Of a stretch of DNA of 64,000 nt, positions 54,108 through 64,000 are shown piece after piece (the first letter of the stretch is position 1; each line of letters starts with the position of its first letter). This DNA comes from Candidatus Uhrbacteria bacterium. Lineage in GTDB: Bacteria; Patescibacteriota; Patescibacteriia; JACQRZ01. The stretch spans positions 143,473 to 207,472 of the forward strand of contig JACQSC010000002.1 in the NCBI GenBank assembly GCA_016206155.1, written 5' to 3'. A program made the position numbers and the translations under genes. The notes beneath the pieces were generated by a model, which worked only from the letters and a program-made list of their open reading frames with translations, had not been told where the DNA came from and did no database searches.

Positions 54108-55628
54108 CTAGCTAAGGATTTTTTTGAGCTCGTCCCTAATAAGCTCCGGCTGGCCCTTGCCTTTTAGCTCTTTCATCACCTGGCCGACGAGGAACATGAT
54201 TGCGTTTTCTTTGCCCGCTTTGTAGTTTGCGACAGCGTCGGGGTTGGCGTCTACAATCTTCTGCGCCGTCTGTCCAATCAGTCCGGAGTCAGAAACCTGC
54301 TCGAGGCCCTGCTCCTTAATCATCTGCGCAGGATCAATGGCAGTCTTTAGCGAGTGCTCAAGTATCTCCTGTGCAGTTGTACTATTGATTTTGTCCTCTG
54401 CAATATACGCAATCAGCTGAGCCATATTTTCTGGCGTGAGCTTAGACTGGTCAATATACTGACCGGTTGATGCGAGAAGGCCCTGCAGCTTATTCACGGT
54501 CCACGCGGAAAGAAGCTTGTATGATTTTTCCTTAAACGCGTCATCGCAGCCAGAGAGGGCACAGAGCCATGCATCAAGTTCCGAACAGGCATTTTCAAAA
54601 AAAGATGCGAGCGCTCGATCATCGACAAGAATGCGCGCGTCATCCAACGATATGCCATATGTGCTAATCAGCCGCTGGCGCTTCTGTTGCGGCAATTCCG
54701 GCAACTCCGCGCGAATTTCATCAATTGCCTCATGCGAAAAGCGTAGGGGCGGAAGATCGGGTTCCGGGAAATAGCGATAATCATGCGCCTCCTCCTTCCA
54801 TCGCTGAACAATGGTTTTTTGATTTTGCTCATCCCAGCCCACGGTAATCTTGTAATTTCGCGTACGCACCTCGCCTCCCGCAGTCCACTCCTCCCTCAAG
54901 CGATTCCTTTCATACTCCAGCGCCCGCTCGACCGCGCGGAATGAGTTGAGGTTCTTTATTTCCGAAATTGCGCTTGATACCTCGGCGCCATCTTCTGTAG
55001 TTTGGATAGAAATATTCGCATCACAGCGAAGATGACCCTTTTCCATGTCAGCAGACGATATATCAAGATAACGCGCAAGAAGGCGCAGTTCTTGCAAAAA
55101 TATTTTCGCCTCAAGCGGTGTTTTAAAGTCCGGTTCAGTGACAATCTCTGCAAGGGGGGTTCCCGCACGATTAAAATCAACAAGGCTTACATCCGAGCCC
55201 GGCGCGTGCAGAAGCTTTGCCGCATCTTCCTCAAGATGAAGACGCCGAATGCGAATACGCGCGGTCGAGCGGGGGACATCACCCGGAATAGCAATGTCAA
55301 CATACCCGTGAATGCCCAAGGGCTGATCATATTGTGAAATTTGATATCCCTTTGGGAGATCTGGATAAAAGTAATTTTTGCGGTCAAACTTGCTTTCCTC
55401 GTTGATGGTACAGTTGAGGGCTAGTGACGCCTTTGCGCCCATGCGTACTGCCGCAGCATTCATAACCGGGAGGGTACCCGGATGGCCCATGCAAACAGGA
55501 CAGACGGTTGTGTTTGGCGATTCATTTTCACCCGCATTGGAGCAGCGACAAAACATTTTGCTTGCCGTCTTCAGCTGAACATGAATTTCAAGTCCAATGG
55601 TATATTCAAATGGCAGATTGGATGCCAT
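54108..55628 (-). CDS. gatB: Asp-tRNA(Asn)/Glu-tRNA(Gln) amidotransferase subunit B
   Basis: MASNLPFEYTIGLEIHVQL...CRCSN matches the GatB N-terminus. GatB/YqeY C-terminal domain present. Start at M19 of the track ORF. Confidence 0.9.
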   Translation of the reverse strand: MASNLPFEYTIGLEIHVQLKTASKMFCRCSNAGENESPNTTVCPVCMGHPGTLPVMNAAAVRMGAKASLALNCTINEESKFDRKNYFYPDLPKGYQISQYDQPLGIHGYVDIAIPGDVPRSTARIRIRRLHLEEDAAKLLHAPGSDVSLVDFNRAGTPLAEIVTEPDFKTPLEAKIFLQELRLLARYLDISSADMEKGHLRCDANISIQTTEDGAEVSSAISEIKNLNSFRAVERALEYERNRLREEWTAGGEVRTRNYKITVGWDEQNQKTIVQRWKEEAHDYRYFPEPDLPPLRFSHEAIDEIRAELPELPQQKRQRLISTYGISLDDARILVDDRALASFFENACSELDAWLCALSGCDDAFKEKSYKLLSAWTVNKLQGLLASTGQYIDQSKLTPENMAQLIAYIAEDKINSTTAQEILEHSLKTAIDPAQMIKEQGLEQVSDSGLIGQTAQKIVDANPDAVANYKAGKENAIMFLVGQVMKELKGKGQPELIRDELKKILS

Positions 55629-55641
55629 AAAAAGCATGCGG

Positions 55642-56328
55642 TTAGACAGTAATGCGGATGCCGGGGCCCATGGTCGTAGCAATGGTGATACCCCTTATAT
55701 AGCTTCCTTTCACGGCTGCGGGCCTGCTCTTTCGAAGAGTCTCAATAAACGCAGTATAGTTTTCTAGCAATTTTTCGATATCGAACGAGCGTCTGCCAAT
55801 CACCTGGTGGACAATACCGGAATCATCGTTTTTGAATGTTACTTTTCCGGCTTTGACTGCCGCAATTGCATCCTTTATGTTTTGCGTGACAGTATCATTT
55901 TTCGGGGAGGGCATTAGTCCTTTTGGTCCAAGCACTTTTGCAACACCGGCAAGATTTTTCATAATGTCGGGGGTCGCAATTGCGATATCAAAATCACATC
56001 GACCAGTTGTTTTAATCTCCGCAATCAATTCCGGTCCGCCGACAATATCCGCACCCGCTTCACTGGCCTCGGTTGCCTTCTCTCCTTCGGCAAAAACAGC
56101 GACCCTCTTGGTTTTTCCGGTACCATGAGGAAGTGTCACGCTCGCACGAATAATTTGATCGCCCTTCTTGGGGTCAATACCCGTGCGAACATGAACCTCG
56201 ATCGACGCATCAAAATTTTCATACGAGAGCTTTTGGGCGAGTTCTAATGCCTCGCGAGGCTGGTACGCGGTGTTTTTTAAATCAAGCGATGCAAGCTTTG
56301 ATTGAAATGGTGCTGACTGCTTTCTCAT
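55642..56328 (-). CDS. rplA: 50S ribosomal protein L1
   Basis: GTGKTKRVAVFAEGEKA...GRCDFDIAIATPD...KAGKVTFKND matches L1. Start at M13 of the track ORF. Confidence 0.9.
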   Translation of the reverse strand: MRKQSAPFQSKLASLDLKNTAYQPREALELAQKLSYENFDASIEVHVRTGIDPKKGDQIIRASVTLPHGTGKTKRVAVFAEGEKATEASEAGADIVGGPELIAEIKTTGRCDFDIAIATPDIMKNLAGVAKVLGPKGLMPSPKNDTVTQNIKDAIAAVKAGKVTFKNDDSGIVHQVIGRRSFDIEKLLENYTAFIETLRKSRPAAVKGSYIRGITIATTMGPGIRITV

Positions 56329-56425
56329 AGTAGTGTGGTTTTTGCGAGAAATGCTCTCTCCCACATAATTTATGACTTACGATTTGTGATTTATACGTTA
56401 TTTGATAATCTGAAATTTGCAATCA

Positions 56426-56851
56426 TCAATCTGAAATCTCAACTCCCATTTGGCGGGCCGTGCCCGCAATGGTCCTCATCGCCGCCTCAATGCTGTTTGC
56501 TGAAAGGTCGGCGGCCTTTTTTTCTGCAATTTCTACAAGTTGCGCCTTTGTCAGCTTGCCGATTTTCTCCGTGAGCGCCTTACCCGAACCCTTTGGGATG
56601 CCCGCCGCCTTCTTGATCAGCGCTGAAGCGGGGGGCGTCTTGAGAATAAAGTCATAGGTTCTGTCCTCATAGACAGTAATGACAACCGGTGTAATATCAT
56701 CGCCCAATTTCTGTGTAGCCGCGTTAAACTTTTGACAAAATTCAGCAATGTTGAGTCCATGCTGTCCCAGCGCAGGTCCGACCGGCGGTGCGGGATTTGC
56801 TTTTCCTGCAGGAATCTGGAGTTTTATGAGTGCTTTTACTTTTTTTGCCAT
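56426..56851 (-). CDS. rplK: 50S ribosomal protein L11
   Basis: [35 protein letters not shown] matches L11. Confidence 0.92.
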   Translation of the reverse strand: MAKKVKALIKLQIPAGKANPAPPVGPALGQHGLNIAEFCQKFNAATQKLGDDITPVVITVYEDRTYDFILKTPPASALIKKAAGIPKGSGKALTEKIGKLTKAQLVEIAEKKAADLSANSIEAAMRTIAGTARQMGVEISD

Positions 56852-56857
56852 ACGAAT

Positions 56858-56900
56858 AGGTTAGAAGGTTAGAAGGTTAGAAGGTTAGAAGGTGATCCTT
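56858..56900. repeat. 4 x tandem 8-mer (aggttaga) followed by a gaagg/ccttc hairpin, in the nusG-rplK spacer
   Basis: Read directly. Lies immediately 5' of the rplK start codon on the coding strand. Confidence 0.8.
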
Positions 56901-56918
56901 CGACTTGATGACGAACAT

Positions 56919-57464
56919 TTAGATTTTTTTAACCTGGAGAAAGTCAAGTTCAACCGGCGTTTCCCGTCCGAACATTGTCACCGACACCTTAACCTTTCCA
57001 CGATCGCTGTCAACGTCCGTAACCTTTCCTTCAAAGTTCTTAAAGGGTCCGTCGATGATTTGGACTGTGGTCTGGAGAGGGAGGTCGACATCATACTTTG
57101 GCTCCTCAACGCCCATGCGTTTCAGCAGATGCTCAACCTCGTCGTCGGTTACCGGAGATGGTGTTGTGCCGCTGCCGATGAAGCCGGTAACGTGAGGGGT
57201 GTTTCGTACGACATACCATGACTCATCGGTTACAATCATTTGAACAAGCACATAGCCCGGGAAAATTTTTTCCTTTACTGTTCGACGTTTTCCGTTTTTA
57301 ATTTTAATCTTCGTCTCGGTTGGAATGAGGACATTAAAGATTTTCTCTTCCATGTCCATTGATTCAATGCGTTGTTTGAGGTTGCGCACCACCGTCTCCT
57401 CATAGCCGGAATTTGTGTGAATTGCGTACCAACGAACGCCGTGATGTTCTATTTGTTTTGGCAT
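56919..57464 (-). CDS. nusG: transcription antiterminator NusG
   Basis: NGN domain (WYAIHTNSGYEETV) and a KOW motif. Conserved secE-nusG-rplK-rplA order. Confidence 0.9.
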   Translation of the reverse strand: MPKQIEHHGVRWYAIHTNSGYEETVVRNLKQRIESMDMEEKIFNVLIPTETKIKIKNGKRRTVKEKIFPGYVLVQMIVTDESWYVVRNTPHVTGFIGSGTTPSPVTDDEVEHLLKRMGVEEPKYDVDLPLQTTVQIIDGPFKNFEGKVTDVDSDRGKVKVSVTMFGRETPVELDFLQVKKI

Positions 57465-57492
57465 GGCCTACGAATTATCCGGCGGCGCCGGA

Positions 57493-57699
57493 CTAACGAA
57501 TAAGTACCTTTTCAAGAATAAAGGCAAAAATCATGTCAAGAACTCCAAGGAATAATGCAATCAGCACTGAAAAAACAATAACAAGGATTGTGTGCATGAT
57601 CACCTGGCGGCGATTTGGCCAGACTACATTTCGCATCTCGTTGTAGGAGTCTCTCAGGTACTTTGTTGCCGCCTGGGCGCCAGCTTTAACTGCAGACAT
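57493..57699 (-). CDS. secE: preprotein translocase subunit SecE
   Basis: 68 aa with a single C-terminal TM segment. Immediately upstream of nusG. Confidence 0.8.
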   Translation of the reverse strand: MSAVKAGAQAATKYLRDSYNEMRNVVWPNRRQVIMHTILVIVFSVLIALFLGVLDMIFAFILEKVLIR

Positions 57700-57893
57700 A
57701 GACGAAAGGGCGATGAATAGATGGAATTCCAGTAATTAAAAAAGACCCCGTGGCCTTTATATAGTAGTAAGATAGCACGCCCTTTATGGTTGTCAAGACA
57801 TCTATGAGACTGGTGAAAAATATCACGTATTAGTTTCTTCCGGCTCATTTCCAGCCAATTTCGCCCCAAAAATGCGCTGAACTCGTCTGAATA

Positions 57894-59918
<2,025 letters not shown>

Positions 59919-60066
59919 TCATTGAATTGCTAAAATAAAACAAGCACCTGTACACAGGCGAACCATTATATCAGTATAGCACAAATTTGTTTATTTGAAC
60001 AGGGGAAAAAGGCAAAAGGAAAGAACTGCGTACCGCATGGGCAAACGAACGTGAATATGTTATTTC

Positions 60067-60945
60067 ATGACAGCGACTAATCTGCTATACTGTTCCTGTA
60101 TGAACATAAACGATCAACACGCGCTCAGCGATAAAGAGCTAAAAAAAAGCTATTGGCTTGTAGTCCATGCGGGCGATATTCGCATGTGGTCAACGCGGGT
60201 TGGTGCCGGCGCAGTTATTATAATTGTGCTGATCGCCATAATATCGCTTGCCTCTGCGGTCATTGGCCAGTTTACTCGAGCCGAATATGTCGTTTCCCCA
60301 CTTCTCGCAAACGCGAATAGAGCGCTTCCGATGGTTGTGCTTGATGTGCCACGCATTGTCAGCAGCGGCGCGATTGATAGGGGCAGCGGCATATATGATT
60401 TGTATGCGGTTGTTGAGAATAGCCATGCGAGGTGGCGAGCAGACATTGAAGTAATTTTTACTGTCGGTGGAAGCGACCAGCTTCCGGTGCGAACGTTCGT
60501 CTTTCCTGGCGACAAGAAGTATGTGCTGCTCTATGGCATTGCAAGCGTTCCATCACAACTCACCGAAGCGCGTGTTGAGCACACGGCGTGGAAGCGCCTT
60601 ACGGATGATGAGCGCGCTCGAGCGAATGAACGCAAGAGCATACGCATATCGGGCTTTAATTATGAATCGGGGAGAACAGCAGGCGGAGAGATTCTTACGG
60701 GTTCGCGAGCGCGCTTTGTGCTTGAGAACACAGGCGTCTATGATTTTTTTGATTTTCCTCTTCAGGTTATTCTGATGCACGGATCATCACCAGTTGCCGC
60801 CGGGACGATTCCCGTATTTTCCCTCCGCAGAAATCAAAAACTTCCGCTCGAAGCGCGATGGGACTATATTTTTGCCGCAAACGAGTATGATATTATCCCT
60901 GACATAGATTTGTTTGAGGGTCGATCGATGCGCCCGGCGTTATAA
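60067..60945 (+). CDS. hypothetical membrane-anchored protein (292 aa)
   Basis: Single TM segment (GAVIIIVLIAIISLASAVIG). Confidence 0.5.
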   Translation: MTATNLLYCSCMNINDQHALSDKELKKSYWLVVHAGDIRMWSTRVGAGAVIIIVLIAIISLASAVIGQFTRAEYVVSPLLANANRALPMVVLDVPRIVSSGAIDRGSGIYDLYAVVENSHARWRADIEVIFTVGGSDQLPVRTFVFPGDKKYVLLYGIASVPSQLTEARVEHTAWKRLTDDERARANERKSIRISGFNYESGRTAGGEILTGSRARFVLENTGVYDFFDFPLQVILMHGSSPVAAGTIPVFSLRRNQKLPLEARWDYIFAANEYDIIPDIDLFEGRSMRPAL

Positions 60946-60950
60946 TAGCT

Positions 60951-62030
60951 ATGCTAGCCAAATTAAAATCGTTTGACTGGATGCTCGTTGTCGCGCTTGG
61001 CGGTATTGTTCTGTTCGGCCTTACGGCGCTATATAGTATCGGACTTGGACGGCCGGATGCAGGCTATCTTGAACGACAGGCGACAGCACTGTCCATAGGT
61101 CTCGTGTTGATGGTCATTGTTTCCCTTGTCAACTATCGTACGGTAAAAAATTTCACGATACCCTTGTATATCGCAACGGTCATTGTGTTGGCGGCGGTAC
61201 TTTTTTTTGGCGAAAAGGTTCGCGGAACTCGGGGTTGGTTTTTTGTTGGATCATTCGGCTTCCAGCCCGTTGAGCTTGCTAAACCCGTGTTGATTCTTGC
61301 GCTTGCGCGCTATTTTTCCGTGTGGACGCGCCAGGTTGGACGCATACGGACGTTTTTGGTGAGCGCAGCAATAATCGCGCTCCCCGTTGGTTTGATTTTG
61401 CTGCAGCCCGATTTTGGAAGCGCGGTCATTGTTTTTGCTATTTGGTTTTCCATGGTTATCGCGCGCGGGATTCCTAAACGGCTTCTTCTTTCGCTTGCGG
61501 TACTCTGTGCAGTCGGCATGATGGGGGCATGGCTTTTCCTTTTTCAAGATTATCAAAAGGAGCGAATTCAATCATTTCTATTTCCTCGAAGCGATACATC
61601 CGGCGCGGGATATAATGTTCGACAGGCGCTTATCGCAATTGGCGGGGGGCAGGTACTCGGCGCAGGGATAGGCGCAGGCTCTGGAAGTCAGCTTCGCTTT
61701 TTGCCGGAGGCCCAGACAGACTTTATCTTCGCTGTCATAGCCGAGGAGCTTGGTTTCGTTGGCGTGCTATCACTTCTTCTTTTGTGGACGCTTCTGTTTT
61801 ATCGGCTGGTGAGTATCCTTCGCAAAACAACGGACGACTTTGCCGCCTTTATTGTATTTGGATCTCTTATTATTTTTTTTATGCAATTCGTTATTACCGT
61901 TGGTGGAAACCTCGGCCTCATACCCATCACAGGATTGGTGCTGCCTTTTATCAGTTATGGGGGGAGCGCGCTTGTGGCTTCATTCACATTGGTTGGTCTC
62001 ATCCAAAGCATTCGCATCCATTCCGCATGA
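60951..62030 (+). CDS. SEDS-family peptidoglycan glycosyltransferase (RodA/FtsW)
   Basis: 10 TM segments. GWFFVGSFGFQPVELAKPVLILALARY and the IPITGLVLPFISYGGSA motif. Confidence 0.85.
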   Translation: MLAKLKSFDWMLVVALGGIVLFGLTALYSIGLGRPDAGYLERQATALSIGLVLMVIVSLVNYRTVKNFTIPLYIATVIVLAAVLFFGEKVRGTRGWFFVGSFGFQPVELAKPVLILALARYFSVWTRQVGRIRTFLVSAAIIALPVGLILLQPDFGSAVIVFAIWFSMVIARGIPKRLLLSLAVLCAVGMMGAWLFLFQDYQKERIQSFLFPRSDTSGAGYNVRQALIAIGGGQVLGAGIGAGSGSQLRFLPEAQTDFIFAVIAEELGFVGVLSLLLLWTLLFYRLVSILRKTTDDFAAFIVFGSLIIFFMQFVITVGGNLGLIPITGLVLPFISYGGSALVASFTLVGLIQSIRIHSA

Positions 62031-62100
62031 ACCCGCTGGCGCAGAGTTGACAAGAACGGAAACGTAAATTAGTATTGCTTCATATCTTATATCATAGTCT

Positions 62101-62766
62101 ATGCAAGAACACAGCTATATACTTCAAGCACAGGTGCGAGACCTCCTTGGAAAGAAGGCGCAATCACTACGTAGCAATGCGCAGATACCCGCTGTCGTAT
62201 ACGGACCCGGTGTCGACAATCAAAACCTGACACTTGATGCGCGTTCATTTGAAAAGGTTTACCGCGCTGCGGGAGAGAGCAGCCTTGTTCAGCTGGTCAT
62301 CGGAGCCGTGGATGCGACCACTGTTCTCATCCATGATGTCGCGCGCGAGCCGCTGACAGGTCGAGTCATTCATGTCGATCTGTATCGCGTTAATATGGCT
62401 GAAAAGCTGACGACACATATTCCGTTACATTTCACCAATGAATCGCGCGCCGTAAAGGAACTGGGAGGTATTCTGATTAAAAATATGTCAGAAATCGAAG
62501 TGCGCTGTCTTCCAAAAAATCTCGTTCCGGAAATCGATGTGAGTCTGGAGCCGCTGACGGAACTCGAATCGAGCATTAAAATTAAAGATGTTGTGTTGCC
62601 GGTTGGCATCGAAGCAAGCAGTCACCACGCTCCGGACGATATTATTGTGATTGTGACCCCGCCAGTCTCTGAGGATGAACTCCGCAAAATGGATGAACAG
62701 GGTGCGGTGAGCGCACCGGCAGAAATAGCAAAATCAGAGGAAAAAGGAAAAAAGACCGAGGAATAA
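62101..62766 (+). CDS. rplY: 50S ribosomal protein L25 / general stress protein Ctc
   Basis: L25 N-terminal beta-barrel (IPAVVYGPG...VIHVDLYRV) plus a Ctc-type C-terminal extension. Confidence 0.85.
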   Translation: MQEHSYILQAQVRDLLGKKAQSLRSNAQIPAVVYGPGVDNQNLTLDARSFEKVYRAAGESSLVQLVIGAVDATTVLIHDVAREPLTGRVIHVDLYRVNMAEKLTTHIPLHFTNESRAVKELGGILIKNMSEIEVRCLPKNLVPEIDVSLEPLTELESSIKIKDVVLPVGIEASSHHAPDDIIVIVTPPVSEDELRKMDEQGAVSAPAEIAKSEEKGKKTEE

Positions 62767-62780
62767 CGCGTAGCGCTAAT

Positions 62781-63356
62781 ATGTCAAAGAAGATCGTTGT
62801 TGGAATCGCGGGAAAACTTGCATCGGGAAAGGGAACGGTGACGGGATACATTCTGCGGCAGTACGCCGCCGAAAAGACACGATCCTCCGATTCGCTGCGC
62901 GCAGCGCTTGATATTTTTGATATTCCTCAATCGAGGGAGAACCTTGATTCACTATCGACATTTTTGCGCTCCACCTATGGTGAAGACACCATTGCGCGTG
63001 CGGTTGCCCGCGTGTTGAGACAGTCGGACGCATCCGTCGCCATCTTTGATGGTATGCGCCGGTTGGTTGACATTGAGACTATTCGCACATTTGAACACGC
63101 TCTGTTCATATACGTTGAAGCGGATCAAAAAATCCGCTATGAGCGGTGTCGCCAGCGCAATGAAAATGTTGGTGATGACACAATGTCATTCGAGGTATTC
63201 CAGCAAAAAGACAACGAAGAACCACAACAGCAAATCGAAGCGCTTCGCGAATATGCTGATATTGTGATAGACAACAATGGAACATGGGATGAACTCATGG
63301 CGAAGATCGTTGAGCGTGTCGATGCGGTTATTCAAAAAATGATCGCGCCTCAATAA
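62781..63356 (+). CDS. P-loop NTPase, putative nucleotide/nucleoside kinase (191 aa)
   Basis: Walker A GIAGKLASGKGT. Size and layout resemble CoaE or AAA_17-type kinases. Confidence 0.55.
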   Translation: MSKKIVVGIAGKLASGKGTVTGYILRQYAAEKTRSSDSLRAALDIFDIPQSRENLDSLSTFLRSTYGEDTIARAVARVLRQSDASVAIFDGMRRLVDIETIRTFEHALFIYVEADQKIRYERCRQRNENVGDDTMSFEVFQQKDNEEPQQQIEALREYADIVIDNNGTWDELMAKIVERVDAVIQKMIAPQ

Positions 63357-63381
63357 GCCGCTATGCTGCTGACATTCGCTT

Positions 63382-63948
63382 ATGTCAATTGAAATCATTG
63401 CGCTTGCCGGTCGCATTGCATCGGGCAAATCAAAGGCAGCGGAACTTCTTGCGGCGGAGTTTGATGCGGAGCATATTGAATACTCCTCATTTATCTATCG
63501 CGCAATGGATCTGTTTGACATTGAGCACACCCGACAAAATATCGAAAAAATGTCTTATCTCTTGCGCCACGCGCTCGCACCCGATATCTTGTGCCGCGCA
63601 GTCCTCAAGCGGCTGCGCGAAACACGCAAGCGGTGGGTTGTGTTGAGTACGATTCGCCGCGCGGCGGATCTTGACGGCATCAAGGAACGATATCCGGTCC
63701 ATCTTTGGTATGTTGATGCGGACCAGCATACTCGATACCGGCGCCATGTATCATCAGCCCGAAAGGTGGGGGATGTTGATATGACATTTACGGAGTTTCA
63801 AGAGATTGAAAACAATGAAGTTCAGCGCACCATCCCTTTGCTGAAAGGCAACGCTGAGGTGATTATTGAAAACAACAGCGATTACGAGATGTTTCTCAAT
63901 CTCATTCGATCTCACGCATCAAATCTCATCAAGGCATCTGAATCATGA
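63382..63948 (+). CDS. P-loop NTPase, tandem paralog of the previous gene (188 aa)
   Basis: Walker A ALAGRIASGKSKA. Collinear similarity to 62781..63356 (TIRTFEH/YVEADQKIRYER versus ERYPVHLWYVDADQHTRYRR). Confidence 0.55.
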   Translation: MSIEIIALAGRIASGKSKAAELLAAEFDAEHIEYSSFIYRAMDLFDIEHTRQNIEKMSYLLRHALAPDILCRAVLKRLRETRKRWVVLSTIRRAADLDGIKERYPVHLWYVDADQHTRYRRHVSSARKVGDVDMTFTEFQEIENNEVQRTIPLLKGNAEVIIENNSDYEMFLNLIRSHASNLIKASES

Positions 63949-64000
63949 TCACGCGGTCACGCGCGCAATCATCTTTCATAATGGTCACCTCCCCGGTTGG

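Noticed and set aside
57700-57893. tRNA-Trp and promoter upstream of secE (as in the E. coli secE-nusG operon)
   Set aside because: No tRNA-like sequence. A TTGACA exists on the minus strand (57791..57796), but no acceptably spaced -10, so no promoter called.

Overview
This 64 kb window looks like a compact bacterial chromosome segment with the standard genetic code (TGA is used as a stop, and stops overlap starts as ATGA). Genes are tightly packed or overlapping, many products carry predicted signal peptides, and there is a type IV pilus operon, giant surface proteins, short tandem repeats in intergenic and leader regions, and an N-terminally truncated ThrS. Together these point to a small-genome, host-associated bacterium, possibly of the Patescibacteria/CPR kind; that assignment is inference. 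The window has three parts. (1) Roughly 0.2-22.5 kb is an accessory, surface and host-interaction locus. It holds a 1595-aa tail-fibre-like repeat protein, Cys-rich secreted proteins, two paralogous transglutaminase-like cysteine peptidases, a 1443-aa giant secreted protein with a glycine-zipper segment and triple Cys-rich repeats, a metzincin-motif peptidase, a BrnT/BrnA toxin-antitoxin pair, a COG1373-type ATPase plus a decayed second copy, and a PA14-domain secreted protein. The whole region is criss-crossed by direct repeats and recombination scars. (2) 22.6-30.4 kb is a type IV pilus locus with pilB, pilC, pilM and five prepilin-like genes. One of these carries a multi-bladed beta-propeller, and two have tandem or inverted repeats inside their leader-coding regions. 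(3) 30.4-64 kb is housekeeping: mreD-like, PBP2, greA, lysS, serS, ftsQ-like, two GT4 glycosyltransferases, dnaE, thrS, miaB, miaA, gatB, rplA, rplK, nusG, secE, gyrB, rodA/ftsW and rplY. Embedded in it is an unusual 554-aa cysteine-rich protein with zinc-ribbon pairs at both ends. No tRNA, rRNA or CRISPR array was recognised.
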